A stretch of DNA of 64,000 nt. Origin: Schizosaccharomyces osmophilus. Taxonomy: Eukaryota. Below are positions 22,487 to 35,699 of this stretch, one piece after another. The position numbers and the translations under genes were made by a program. Position 1 is the stretch's first letter; each line of letters opens with the position of its first letter. The notes under the pieces are model-generated. The model was not told the origin of the DNA. It saw only the letters and a list, made by a program, of their open reading frames with translations, and ran no database searches. The stretch lies in assembly GCF_027921745.1 (NCBI RefSeq), contig NC_079238.1:4712001-4776000 (forward strand), read 5' to 3'.

Positions 22487-23752
22487 ATGAATGAAATAAG
22501 AAATACAGCTACCAACCTGATGGACAAGCAGTTGGGTCGGAATCCCGTTTCGGAGACATACGGCCAGCCGGTCCAAGATCCATCAGGCGCAACCATGAAA
22601 GCTGTTGTGTTCAATGGCTCAAAAAGTGTGAAAATTGAGCAAGTGCCTAAACCAACAATCACTCACCCAAAAGATGTGATTGTTAAAACGACTGCCTGTA
22701 CCATCTGCTCAGGTTCTGATTCCCACATGTTTTCTGGCGAAGTTCCAGGTATTGATAAAGGTTCTGTCCTTGGACACGAGTCTTGTGGTGTTATAGTTGA
22801 ACGCGGCTCAGAAGTCCAGGATTTATTTGTAGGTGAGAGAGTAGTTATCGCTTTCGATATTGCCTGTGGATCCTGTTCATTCTGTAAACGACGTGAGTTT
22901 CCCGGTTGTGACACTACAAATGACACTAAGCTTATGGACGTCAACTACGGTGCGCATCACTCTGCAATCTTTGGCTATACCAAGATGCTGGGAGATGTCC
23001 CAGGCTGTCAGGCCGAATATATTCGTGTCCCGTTTGGTGATGTCAACTGCTATAAGCTCCCAGAAGATATTCCCGATATTAAAGGTCTCTATATGTCAGA
23101 TGTATTGTGTACCTCTTTGCACGCATGCGAGCTCGGCAGTGTCAAAGAAGGAAATACAGTTGCAATTTGGGGTATGGGGCCTATTGGGTTGTATGCAGGC
23201 CGTTGGGCTGAAATTCTAGGTGCGAAACGTGTCATTGGCATTGAGACTATTCCTGAGCGCATTGAAATCGCTAAGAATCGTTTTGGATTTGAAGTAATAA
23301 ATAGAAATGAGGTGAAAGATATTCCCAAAAAGATTCTCGAATTAATTCCCAATGGCCCAGACGTTGCTATTGATGCCACCGGTTTCCGATTCACCACTAC
23401 TATGCTTCAAAAGGTAGAACGTGCTGTGGGTTTGGAGACGGATTCAGCTGATGTTGTATTTGAATGCTTCCAAAGTGTTCGAAAATATGGCCATGTCTCC
23501 CTCATTGCAGACTATGTTGGAACTAGCAATCAATTCCCTATTGGACATATCATGATGAAACATTTGACGGTTCGTTCTGGCCAATGCCCATGCCAAAACT
23601 ACTTTGACAGAGTATTAAAAGCTCTAAGATCCGGAGAGATTAATCCGGAATGGATGATCACTAACAAGGTCAAGTTTGACGATCTACCTGACGCTTATGA
23701 GAAATTGTTTTACAAACAAGATGGATATCTCAAGATTTTCTGTGAATTGTAA
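22487..23752 (+). CDS. fmd2: Zinc-dependent MDR dehydrogenase (formaldehyde dehydrogenase-like, SPBC1198.01 ortholog)
   Basis: CSGSDSH, GHE, CGSCSFC...C, GMGPIG; synteny with the zas1/guk1 block. Confidence 0.82.
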   Translation: MNEIRNTATNLMDKQLGRNPVSETYGQPVQDPSGATMKAVVFNGSKSVKIEQVPKPTITHPKDVIVKTTACTICSGSDSHMFSGEVPGIDKGSVLGHESCGVIVERGSEVQDLFVGERVVIAFDIACGSCSFCKRREFPGCDTTNDTKLMDVNYGAHHSAIFGYTKMLGDVPGCQAEYIRVPFGDVNCYKLPEDIPDIKGLYMSDVLCTSLHACELGSVKEGNTVAIWGMGPIGLYAGRWAEILGAKRVIGIETIPERIEIAKNRFGFEVINRNEVKDIPKKILELIPNGPDVAIDATGFRFTTTMLQKVERAVGLETDSADVVFECFQSVRKYGHVSLIADYVGTSNQFPIGHIMMKHLTVRSGQCPCQNYFDRVLKALRSGEINPEWMITNKVKFDDLPDAYEKLFYKQDGYLKIFCEL

Positions 23753-23898
23753 GGTGATATATGTCAGTACATAAATTTTATATAAAATAGGATAACGATT
23801 TTGATGATTAATGAAAAAGTTCTTATTTAAGAACAAGAAATAAATTTCGCATAGATAAATTTTTTTCGTGTAAGGTAAGTTTCAAAAAATATCCTAGA

Positions 23899-24735
23899 CT
23901 ATGGAATGTATGGCATACCGTCTGAATCGAACGACACGATAAGTAGCCTCGAGTGTCCAGTATCCGAAATATGGTGATGTTGCTTGTTCCACCATCTCTT
24001 GGATAACCTTTTTGAAAAGAATCCCGTGTACTCATTTTCCTTTTGATAGGCCTCAATTGCTTTATCCTTCTGTTCAGCAACCTCGTCCGGATTCAAAAAA
24101 AAGACATGAATCTTTCTTTGATGAAAAAAATTCTTGTTCCATAATTCAACAAATCCCCGAACCACAGGAAAACGAACATTATCAATGTACTTTTCGATGT
24201 AATAGCTGATGATGAATCGAGAAACCCCAAGGCTTACTAAACCAACAAGATTACCAGATCCTAAAAGAGCAACTTCACTAAAGGAACATGCCATATTAAT
24301 ATCATGTATAAACGACTTATAATCCTCCTCGTCAACATCATGCTTCGGGAGATCGTCTGGAAAATAGACTAAAGGAAAGCCTTTTGTAACTTCAGTGCTT
24401 CGAGAAAGGAGACATATCGGCTGGAATTGACTATACAGAGCCTTCGTGGAAGCTTTCTTTGAGAATGATTTTGGAAGACCCAATGTTGTAACTTTTGTCT
24501 TCAATGAACGATTGACGAGCCCATGAAACACGTTCGTATAAACATTTGTATTAAGGAAATTTGTCTTCGATATAGCTTTCTCGTCTTCCTTCGTAACATT
24601 TCTGATAGAAGGCGTAAAGACTGATATTGTACACGGTCCTTCCATTTTCGGACTTGTAATGGGCTTTATACCCTCAACTTCTTCAGACTCATCTTGCTTA
24701 GCTTCATTTTCTTTCAGTTTTACTTGGGACCCCAT
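23899..24735 (-). CDS. Conserved fungal protein (SPBC1198.03c-like)
   Basis: 278-aa ORF; HDVDEEDYKSFIHDI and WNKNFFHQRKI motifs; syntenic position. Confidence 0.75.
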   Translation of the reverse strand: MGSQVKLKENEAKQDESEEVEGIKPITSPKMEGPCTISVFTPSIRNVTKEDEKAISKTNFLNTNVYTNVFHGLVNRSLKTKVTTLGLPKSFSKKASTKALYSQFQPICLLSRSTEVTKGFPLVYFPDDLPKHDVDEEDYKSFIHDINMACSFSEVALLGSGNLVGLVSLGVSRFIISYYIEKYIDNVRFPVVRGFVELWNKNFFHQRKIHVFFLNPDEVAEQKDKAIEAYQKENEYTGFFSKRLSKRWWNKQHHHISDTGHSRLLIVSFDSDGMPYIP

Positions 24736-25080
24736 TGAAGTTACGCATTGGTTTACTAATAATGCAAGCCAAGTCGACTGGGGACCCCTTACGTATATAG
24801 TATAGCATAACTTGGCTAAACGCAGAAATAACCAAATTGATTGTTACTTATTTAGAAGATAATCATTACATACAAACTTTCTCTTTTAAAATTATCTGTT
24901 TCATGAATTGCATTTTTTATGTGTATTAAACCATAAATATGTTTGTCTGTAGGGAAGCGATTTATATTAAGAGCAACACAAATAAAAAAATAAAAAAAAA
25001 ACAAAGCGTAAATCATTAGCAAATTAAATTTAGTATGCAAGCTTCTATCTTTTTGTTCACCTAAACGTGAGTAAGTCATT

Positions 25081-28065
25081 TCATAGATCTGAAAGTAATG
25101 ATCGAATAGTTTCCATATTAGTCCGTACTAGCATCAAACGTTAGTAGATATTTTAAACTTATATTAAAGCAACATACAGATTTGCCATGGGTAGGCCTCT
25201 AACAACCGCAAAGTCATATGAAGAATAGGTTGAGTTTTGCTATAAATGGTATCGGTATCATCGCTTCCATCTTCATACAATAAATGCCGCATCTTTGCAA
25301 TGTATGTGGTACTTTGCGACCGATAGCTTTTTGTAAAATCGAGTTTAACGCTCTGCTTAGTTTTGGAATACCCAAAGCTCCATAATACGAGAGCTGCAAT
25401 ATAAAATGACCACGGATAATATAAAAGAGTAGTAAACGGTGTGCTCGCATTCAAATCCTCATGAATCATCATTTCCATCACATCAATAGCATGGCAAATC
25501 GAGATTTTAGCATTTTCAGTGTTTGCCCAAAGATCTATGTATTTCATCGGAACGTTGTATTTGACAGACTCAAATTCTTTATATTTTGAAGAAATAGAGT
25601 TAGCGTAGGATTGGATATAAGTGATTTTAGTTTTTGAGTAAAAAGCTGCTAAATGGTACAGTGCAAAACATTCTTTGACGAATGGATGCTTAGCTGGCAG
25701 CGTTCCTGTTTGAATGAATTCTTCATTAAATTTCGAATACCATCGCTTATAAGTTTCATAAATAATATTACACCAGTTATCAATTTCACGCTTGCTTAGC
25801 TTGAGTCCGGGTACTACATGAAGTTAGAACATATCCTTCATAGAGCTTTGCTTACCAAACTTCTTTTGTTTTACTGATACATCCACAGACACCAAGCCAT
25901 GTAAAATCAATAGCATATTCCAAGGAGATTCCATGAACGACAACGTTTCATTCTGAATGAAGGCTCTGAGAACATGCAAAATTGTAGGCGGTTCATCTAA
26001 TGGCTTTTGGCTCGCCCAGACCTCAAAATTTTCTGCTTCCCAGTGGTGTTCATCAGCAAATAATGGCAATGCCACGTCCGTTACACATAATAAAGGCTGA
26101 TTTCCAAAAATGAGGACGCATATGGCGTCTAAAGAAAAGCAACCAAAAATTAACCTGAAATAGTAATTAGTAAGCAATAATGTAAGTGTTCTTCATATAC
26201 CGTTTGACAGATTCCCTGGTAATCCACTTATGCCAATACTGTAAAGAGGAATTTGAGTCAACACTAAAGGTTTCGGAGTGAACAGTTAATGCTTCTTCTG
26301 GGTTTGCCTGACGCAAAGCCTAAAAGGTTAGTTTAAATTCCTTCAAAAATATTACCTCAATTAACACGGGATGAAATAGCTGAGACAAGCGGTGTTGTTG
26401 AACCGTACTTGTTAGCATTTCAAAAATTTGGATTAACAACAGCATCTGAAAGACCCACAAAGGTATAGGTGGAAGAAACTCTTCCTTCTCATAAACAAAA
26501 AAACGAAGCCTAGAATGAATTTCAATAGCAAGAAGACGATCTGAAGGATTATTCGTAAAATGCATGCCTAGGGTAATCATAGCCAAAAGTAATTCCAAAG
26601 GAGTTTGGGATATTTGAAAAGTGCCTCTGTGTAGGATTGGCCAGCGGATATGAAAATAAGACCAATAGGCATTCACCCATATACTAATCGACTCTGCAGT
26701 AACTATGTTTAAATAATCGGTAGATAGCATGTGATGATTCTAAAAAAGGTTACAAATCAGTTTCACAAAGTATTAGACATACTTTTAAGTATCCCAAAAG
26801 ATTGGCATGCACAAATAGAGGGCACTTTTGAGCCACGTACATAGGGCCCTTCGAAAACGGTTAGCTTTGTACACTTCCTGAAGCACGTTCTAATAAACAT
26901 ACAGTAGCCGTAAAGTAATAATTTAAGAATGTCCTATTCAAGTTGGGAAACGCGTCATCCTGGCTCAAAGTGGAATCGGCAGGTGATTGTAATGGAGACG
27001 AAGACTCGAATCGCTGCCTTTTCTTATTTTTATTAGAGCATGAAAAAAACCAACGCAAATTATCATCCATTGTTTTTGTGGAACTTGCGAATGATCTGTT
27101 TTTTAAAACACAAAGAGAATCATGAAATAGATCCAAGCGTGTGCAACCATCGGGAGTAGAATCTAATTGGAAAAACTCTTCATAAAGGGAAGATGAAGTA
27201 CGGGGGTTTGGAACTAGAGAAGGATCCATTTGTTGGGGTATGGGAACCGGCCGTTGAGCAGGGATTTTTACACTCAAAGAGGATGGAGGAGGTGATGAAA
27301 AAGAAGCTAAATCGACGTTTAAACTGCTATTAGCATGATCATGAAAGAAGTTTGCATCAGGATTATTAACTAAAATATCGGGTTTTTCAAAAACTTTGGA
27401 AGGAGAGGACGGAAGAGCTTGGGTAGGAACGATGGAAGAAGTAGCCGGTGGATTTACATGCCCAGGACGGCTTGCAATGGGATTTGGCTGGGAAGGCTGT
27501 ATCATACTTGCAGACACTTGGACCAAATTTGGGTTCACAGAAGGATTGTGAGAGGCATTGGGAGTTACATCGTGAAATTCCTTAGAAAATAAATGGGATG
27601 ATGAAGGAGAAGGAAGCACTAAAATTCAAAGTTAGATTCGTGTACGAACGAGTCTTTAACTCAAACATCATTTAAACACGGTCAACACAACAGGATACCG
27701 TAAACCGAAAACGATGCTTTGAGCGTTTTCATTTCCAACATACACTTTTCATAAAGGCCTTGCTTTTGTATATGCATTTGTTGTACATGGCGATGTAGGA
27801 CATCACTTCTTGCGAATGCACGATGACAAAACGAGCACGTAAAAGTTTTCAAGTTTTCATCTAATTGGTGTTTATGTAAGCCTCTAAAATACATAAATCA
27901 TTCTGCAAGCGACTTACGAGTTCGTTCATGGCGCCGCAAATGTTCCTTTCTTGTGAAAGACTTTGGGCAATCAAGGTAAGTGCAATAAAACCTCGGGTCT
28001 CCAATTTGGTGAGCCCGTGAGCGCTTCCTAGAAGGTTTTCCAGCAAATGAATCCTCGTTGGACAT
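25081..28065 (-). CDS. zas1: C2H2 zinc-finger / fungal transcription factor domain protein Zas1 (multi-exon)
   Basis: Fingers CTYLDC..HLRRHERTH and CSFC..HVQQMH; FHIRWPILHRGTF domain; introns include 27861-27917, 27619-27743, 26849-26902, 26740-26782 and 25128-25177; a few internal boundaries not fully resolved. Confidence 0.88.
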
Positions 28066-28321
28066 TATTCTTATTCCTCCTTTCCGTACAATACCATCCA
28101 CCTAGGTGTAGTTGGTAGAATGTGGGGGGCAAAATCCTTGTGTTGCTAGACCTCGTTAATGGATACAATCACCCTTGGTGGTAAGTCCCAGTGCCAAAAC
28201 GGATCTTGATAGAAATAAAAAAGAAACTAAGCACTACATTCCCTTTGGTGTTTCATTACAAAAAGCTATTCTCATATCCTTTTTGTCAGCGTGACAAAAA
28301 TATAAAGGAGAATAAAAGAAT

Positions 28322-28392
28322 TGCTTCGGCCGGGAATCGAACCCGGGTCGCTTCGATGGCAACGAAGCATTATACCACTAAACCACCAAAGC
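28322..28392 (-). tRNA. tRNA-Gly(GCC)
   Basis: GCTTTGGTGGTTTAGTGGTATAATGCTTCGTTGCCATCGAAGCGACCCGGGTTCGATTCCCGGCCGAAGCA; cloverleaf, A and B boxes, anticodon GCC. Confidence 0.97.
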
Positions 28393-28924
28393 ATTTGCAT
28401 ATTAGTTACCAAATAATAACAAATATATGATGTTGATTATGGATCCTTCTAGTCATGCTTTGTTCATCATACAATGTCCAAATACCACATAGACGTATAG
28501 CAGATATAGGAGCTACCGTCTTTCTTGAACAATCAATCAACCGCAAGGGCTTTGTAGTGTTCATGCTTGGTAAACAAGTGCAAAAAGAAATACATAGTTA
28601 TGTACGGAATTCTGAATTCTTCCATCAGACATTGGCATATTTTCCTCCGTTAACAGCATATACCGCATGTTTACTTTTACTGTTATTTTTAATTACGTAT
28701 TTTTACGTATATACGGTAATTAGCTTTATTTGTTCAGAAGGGAAAACTTTTTTAACGTAAACAAACAATTTCTTGCAATCAAAGGTCCTAGCGGCTTTTG
28801 ACTTCTTTGGCTGTTTTTCAAGATCTATCTCCCTCGAGCATCTTTTCTTAAAAGGTTCGTTATACATTTACGACGGTTTTCAGGCTTTGCGAATTTTCAT
28901 TCTTTTTCAAGTTTTCCTTTCAAA

Positions 28925-29512
28925 ATGACAGTTGAAACTTACCATTTGGCTTATTCACCTGTTGTTGTCTTTGGCCCCTCCGGAGTTGGTAAATCAACCT
29001 TGTTGAAGCGACTTTTGTCGTTACACGGAGACAAGCTAGGTTTCAGTGTGTCCCATACAACTAGAAGCCCCCGTTCTGGCGAGCAAGAAGGTATAGACTA
29101 CCATTATGTTAGCAAGGATGAGTTCCGAAAACTAGTTGCTGAAAATAAGTTTGTTGAATGGGCCGAGTTTTCCGGAAATATGTACGGTACCTCCATAATG
29201 GCCATCAAAGACCTCGAAAATGGAAACAAAAAAGCTATTTTAGACATTGATTTGCAGGGTGTTTTGCAGGTTAAGAAGAGTGCCATCAAGGCACGTTACG
29301 CATTTTTGGCACCCCCCAGTATTGAGCAATTAGAGGCTCGCTTGCGCGGTCGTGGTACTGAAAGTGAAGAGTCTGTTTTATTGCGTTTGGAACGTGCTTT
29401 GAAAGAGGTTGAATACAGTAAACAGCCTGGTAATTTTGAGACCCTTATTGTTAATGATGACCTAGAAAAGGCATACAAGGAACTTGAGGAATTCTGCCTT
29501 TCTGATTCTTAA
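28925..29512 (+). CDS. guk1: Guanylate kinase
   Basis: GPSGVGKST, SHTTRSPR, GIDYHYV, YGTS, ILDIDLQG. Confidence 0.96.
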   Translation: MTVETYHLAYSPVVVFGPSGVGKSTLLKRLLSLHGDKLGFSVSHTTRSPRSGEQEGIDYHYVSKDEFRKLVAENKFVEWAEFSGNMYGTSIMAIKDLENGNKKAILDIDLQGVLQVKKSAIKARYAFLAPPSIEQLEARLRGRGTESEESVLLRLERALKEVEYSKQPGNFETLIVNDDLEKAYKELEEFCLSDS

Positions 29513-29829
29513 GCAAAAACACAAAAATATCTTGTAATCTTACCTCTGTTATTCATGGAGGTTTTTATAGCATTGGTTGATCAAAAAATTTCTTTGCATA
29601 CACAAAGTACTGAGTAATTACCTAATTTAATTTAATTTGGTTACTTTTTCTCTGTATCTTTTCATTATTTCCGTCGTAAATCTTATTATTAATAAAGGAA
29701 TCTAAAACATATAAAAACAACAAACTAAAGTGAGCATACCGTGATGCCTAGATCTTTTCCATTCTTTTATGGAAGTTGTATAAATATCAATATCAGAGTG
29801 TGTTTTACACCCTCATTGAGACAATCAAA

Positions 29830-31347
29830 CTATACATTCATGATGGTCTCGTCTTTCTTCTTGTCCTCAAAGGTTTCAGTATTACTTTGATGAGTTCTAG
29901 AGGGAATCTTTCCTTCTTCATCTTCAATCATGGCCCATATAGATACGCCTAATAGTAAAAAGGCTGCCAAAAATGTGAGAAATCCTGCGCCACCTCGATC
30001 AGCTTCTGTCGGTCGAGAAACGTTAACTTCATAGTTGTCTGTGGTTGAATTGGCACTAGCATAACTAGAATTTGAACGATTGTCTGACGAATTCGACAAG
30101 GTAACTAACTTTGGATATTTATCAACGTAAAGCATCTGTACAGCTTCCAAAGCTGAAAACTGTTGACCGACACCATATGTGCCATCCCATGTGCTATTGT
30201 CCCAAGACCAATGGACGCCGCAACTATTTCCACTGTACCCACCCGAACAAGCCAAAGCTGCAGCAGTTGCTGATGTTTCTATTAATGGGTATAGCTTGCT
30301 TCTGGTATAAGGAGCAAGACGAATTGCATTTCCAAAACTTTGCATCAATATTCCTTTAAATGCCGTTTGGTCAATGTTACATGTCCCTGTGTTTTCACAC
30401 TGTGGATCCCATGCTATGCCATTATTTATAAAAAAAGATGTGGCATGGGAAATAAAACCGTCAAGTCTCTTCTTCCATATGTTGTCTCCTTGAGTATAAT
30501 TGTACATGTAGGCGACACCAGTCATGTACACTCCAAGGTTATAAGACCATTGGGAATGATCTATGGTCGTACAATTCGTCGATGCTTTTGAGCCATCATA
30601 AACGCTGTAATTTGTGGTATTGACAAACCCACTAGATGTTGACCAATCCCAGATGCGATTAACCCAATCTTCATACGAGGAATCGCCAGTAAAACGAGCC
30701 AATCTAGCAGCTAGTTGAAACAGTAACCCATTACTGATACTGTTTTTATATGTATAACCACTCAACCAAGGAAACGCTTGCCAACGTACACCACCATTAC
30801 AGTTTACGTTGTCCCATCTACCGGAGATACGATTGAATGCTGCTTGACTTATTTCAAGCCAAGACGCTGATGAATCATCTACTTGTTTCAAATTGAGCTC
30901 TGCAGCATCCATTGCCGCAGCACCCCAAATTCCTTGGTCATCGTTTCCTAAATTGAAGTATTCGTCAGACGGCTGATAATCATGGTCACTACCAGCGTTA
31001 TACATCAAGGACTTAGAAACCAAATCCGTGTATGTATTATTATCAAACAATATACCATTGTTTAGGAGAACGGTCATGGATGCACCAGTAAGCCACCAAT
31101 ATGATGAGACAAATTTACAGTCGGTACCGTTCCAGTAATTCATCAGCTCTCCAGTCATGCTGTTTATGGTACTCCGAATTGAATCTAAATGAAGAGTTAA
31201 AAATTGTCGAGATACGAGTTAAGCCGGTCATAACGGCTAAAGCTACTTACCATCATCATGGATATCGAGATGAAGAGCTTGAACCTGGAAAAAAGGAAGA
31301 CAAATAGATATAATGTAAAGAAAAGGCAACAGCAAAGAATTTTTCAT
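29830..31347 (-). CDS. GH76 Dfg5/Dcw1-family mannosidase/transglycosidase (SPBC1198.06c-like), intron 31185-31250
   Basis: Signal peptide exon; GNDDQGIWG catalytic motif; YKNSISNG; C-terminal TM followed by a charged tail. Confidence 0.9.
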
Positions 31348-32337
31348 GCTTGGGTAAACAACCGATGATGAATACTTAGGAAAAAAAAAATAAAGAACGC
31401 AAAGATAAACTCATAAAAAAAACAAGAGATCAGGTAAATAACTTAAAACAAATTCAACAGAAATAAAGGCAAAAAGTAATTCAGTTGTTTCACGCTTCGT
31501 TATCCTCGAGTCATGGAAAAAACTGTTTAATATCAATTAAGAGCTCAATTCAAGTATTCAAAGAAAGTAATGGTAGTATGATTCAAAAATGTGAAATTTC
31601 AATGTAAAAAGCTGCTCTTCTCCAGAGAAGCACCTAAATTGCGGTTTGTATAAGACTTGTATAAAAATTCGGTTGAAGGCAACAACCGTTTAGTAAACAA
31701 ATTTGCGCAAATAATCGGTCGAGTGGTAGATTGCGTCAATCAATTGTTGGATATTATTTTCTCCTTTAAACGGAACAAAACATTAAGAATTAAATTTTCA
31801 TAAAGAGAAAAAAGTCCTAAAGGCGTTCATCCAGTTTTGCAATTTTTTGTTCAATTTGGCATGCTGTAATATCAAGTAGAAAAAAAAAACATGATTCTAT
31901 TCAAAAAATAATTGCTGGATTTTATGTGAATGCATCACAATCGATTGTTGATACATATTATCGCTGCAATAAATTTACATTTCAAAACCGAGTGAAAACA
32001 TTACATGTAATGAGAATGAATCATAAATTGAATAGCCGCGGATACAACGGATACTCTCTATGTTAGTATTACCAAAGGGATTTCAAGTTCATTTGAACAA
32101 ACACCACTACCGTTAAACAAGGAACTAGGCACGATGAAAAAGAGGAATTTTGAGTATGTAAATAAACTGTATATATATGTATATATATAAGGGAGATAGA
32201 GTAGGCAAAATTCTCAAATAATTAAAATGAAAATGGACGGAAAAAAAAGGTGATGGACTCCTGTAGCAATATGAGAAATATTTAAGAGATGAGAGGACGA
32301 TAGTAAAGAGTTCTGATTTCCGGGACCACTTATAATA

Positions 32338-33723
32338 TTAAAAGAACAACCATAGAGAAAACAATAAGAAAAGGAATGAAAAGAGAGCTGTTAGAAAGCC
32401 TGCCCAGCCTTTATCACTTTTCGTGGCAGCAGGAACGGAATAGCTTACTTGGGTAATTTGTCCTGCGCTTGGGTCGGATTTTGATCTTGCGCCAGTGTCC
32501 AGAGATAACAGAGGAGAATACTGAGGAGTTAAAACTGATTGAATAACTTCCAGTGCTGAAAGTTGTTCTCCGAGTCCGTAGTTTTTATCCCATGTACCAT
32601 TGTTCCAAGTCCATCTGTTTCCACAAGTGACACCATCATAACCACCACTGCAAGCTAAAGCAGCTGCTTTAGCACTTGCATGAAGGTAAGGCATAATTGT
32701 TTCAGCGGTATAAGGAGCGAGCTGCATGGTATAACTAAGGTAACGAGCGAGCATACCTTTAAAGCCAGTCTGATCATAGTTGCAAGTGTTCGACGTTTCG
32801 CAAGTAGGCTCGTAAATAATTTTGTCCTCGTTAAAGTAATGGTTTAGTGTTCGATTCAGCAGTCCATCCATATGACCTTTCCATTCAGAAGTTCCATTTG
32901 TGTAATTGTACAAAAAGGCGGTACCAGCAAGGTAAACACCAGTTGTATAGGACCATTGTTCATTTGTAACGCTGCTGCAGTTCGTCTCTGTTTTTGATCC
33001 ATCGTATACTGCATACGAATCCGCATCTACAAAATTGACGCTTACGGACCAATCCCAGACTTTTCGAGCCAACTCCGCATATGTATCATTTCGTGTATAA
33101 CGGGCAAGGCGAGAAGCCAATTGGAATAGTGCACCATTACTAATTGTATTTTTGTAACTGTATCCTTGGTTAAAAGAATAAATTTGCCAACGAATACCAC
33201 CATTACACGAAGAGTTATCCCATCGAGCGGACATTTCGTTTGTCACCGCTTGTGCAATGGCGGCCCAAGAAACATCCGACTGATTGTCCTGGATATTAAT
33301 TTCAGCTGCCGACATACCAGTCAAGCCCCAGATGCCTTGATCGTCATTACCAAGATTGAATTTTTCATTGTCTGGAGCGAAATCATCGTTTTCACCCTTG
33401 TTGGCCAAAAGGGAATCAACAACTAAACCCATATGAGTTTTATTTTTCGTTCCAGAATAGGTGTTTAGCATTCCATTGAGACAAGATCCCGTCATCCACC
33501 AATATGCAGTAAAATCATGGGACGAAGGCTGATAGTAATTCAGCATTCCTTTTGTTACTGTATCGATACCATCATAAACAGAGTCTATCCTTTCATTAGT
33601 AAAGTAATCCAAAGCCTACAAAGAAAAGCGCGAACCTTTATCATTGGGATCTAAATTGAAACAAGCAACACTTTTTAAAAGAAAGAAGAGTACCCAAATA
33701 TAAATATAATCATAACATTTCAT
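32338..33723 (-). CDS. GH76 Dfg5/Dcw1-family protein, GPI-type C terminus (SPBC1198.07c-like), intron 33585-33635
   Basis: [17 protein letters not shown], hydrophobic C terminus; tandem paralog of the previous gene. Confidence 0.9.
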
Positions 33724-34617
33724 GATAATATATGAGCCGTAAAGGCTTTCCAAAAGATGGGTTTCTTTTAGGTATAAAAATGCAAATGAAAGAATTGAGT
33801 GTTGGTTTCAGACAAACTTATTTCATTATTTACATGCCTTTTTTTAAGGCGCAGTTTTAGTTTAACGAGATTGCTTGTCAATCTTTAATGTACAATAAGC
33901 TTTAGGTAACTAAAGGTCGGTAAGCTACGTTCGTTATTTAGAGACCTTTTTTTTGTTTGTTTATTCGTTAGTAAACAATTAGAGACGATGGCAGGCATAG
34001 ACGATGTACCAGATATCCCTTTTACGTCTTTCTCTCTTTAGGAGTAATTAATAGAAAGAATTTGATTCACTTGATTGCTTTGAGATATAGGGTTTTTCTT
34101 CGAAAAAAAATCGGAATAGGAATGATGATGTTGGTACCCTTGAAATGAAAACGCTTCGCTTCTTACACATTAAAAAGCGGCCAATTGAAACTATATACTT
34201 TAAAATAATGAAGTTCTATAGTATCCAAAGGCCTCCTTACATAGTTTATTCACAGGCTTCTCTGAACATTTGTATGTTACTTATAATACGCAGCTATCAC
34301 CTGTAATCGTACCTTTGCAAAGTGTACCAGCCAACATGTACTGTATAGTCTTTCGAGAAAATATTTGGAAATCTGTCGCAATACATATTAAACAAAACTA
34401 TTTACATTGCACTAAATAGCATCCGGTACACATCTTCATTGTGGGATACTTTGTTATAAAAATTTAAAATATTTGTAAACCTCGCGTTACATTGTCTTAA
34501 TTGAATTAAGCAAAGGAAACGAGGTTCATTATTTTCTATGACCGAATGTCATTTGAGTAAGAGACTGCCAACCTCAAACTATCGACCTTTTTATTCGTTT
34601 TCTATTATAAAGAGAAA

Positions 34618-35698
34618 ATGAGTGAAGAAAAACCGACAATTCGTAATGAAGATGATGATCGTTATGAAGATGATACAGGAGATTTGGATCTTGGCCAACT
34701 TGGCTCTCGAGTTTGGTTAGTAAAAGTTCCAAGATTTCTTATGGAGAAATGGGACGCGATTCCTGATGATGATCGTGCAAATCTTGGTTGTGTACGTGTA
34801 AAAAATGATGAGATTCAACTTTTACTCCACAACAATTCAGAAAACGCCGATGTTCCTAAAAACTACAACTTAAAAGTGATGAACAAATTTGTCAAAAACT
34901 CTTATGTCTTTAGAGAAGCCGAGTCATCATCTAGCAACACAAAAAATACTGCTTTGGTTGGCACAGTTGCTCACGAATGTAATGTTACTCCAATTATTAA
35001 TGATGATTATCGACGCGTTATGCAAAAACGAGCTTTGGCTGCAAGTGCTCCCAAGCGCAAAGTTCAAATGATTGATGATAGAGGCGCTAGCCTGCTTGCT
35101 CCTGGAACGTTGGGTGCTCGCAATAGAAACACAACATCATTCATCGTATGGTCAAGCTTTTTTACAATATTTGAAACTCTTTGCAAACTGATAATTAACT
35201 CATTTTTAGCGCAATGTCAAACCAAGAACTGGCGAAGGCCTTAAGAACTCGCGTATTCCCAGAAACGAACTTTTGGATATTCTTTTCAAGTGCTTTGAAG
35301 ATTATGAATATTGGACCTTAAAAGGCCTTCGCGAATATGTTAAACAACCTGAAGTAAGTATTTCTTGAAATAAGTTTTTATTATTTATTACGCTAAGTCA
35401 ATTTATTGGAAGCTAACGAAATGTGAAGGTTTATTTGAAAGAAGTCCTTGATAGCATAGCCATCTTGAATAAGCGTGGTCCATATGCATTGAAGTATAGC
35501 TTAAAGCCTGAATATAAAGGAACAATGGATGCTGCTACGAGAGAACTTTTGAATCAGCAAGTTTCTCAATCAGAATTATCTCAACACCAGAATGCAGACA
35601 AGGATTCTGCTTCTCCAACTGGCCCTTCTTCATCTGCAAGTGATGTCAACAAAGACGGGGACAACGATGATGAGGTTGAAATGATTGATATTCTCTAA
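34618..35698 (+). CDS. tfg2: TFIIF beta subunit; introns 35146-35209 and 35354-35428
   Basis: VWLVKVPRFL, GTVAHEC, FEDYEYWTLKGLREYVKQPEVYLKEVL; splices in frame to 313 aa. Confidence 0.93.
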
Positions 35699-35699
35699 G

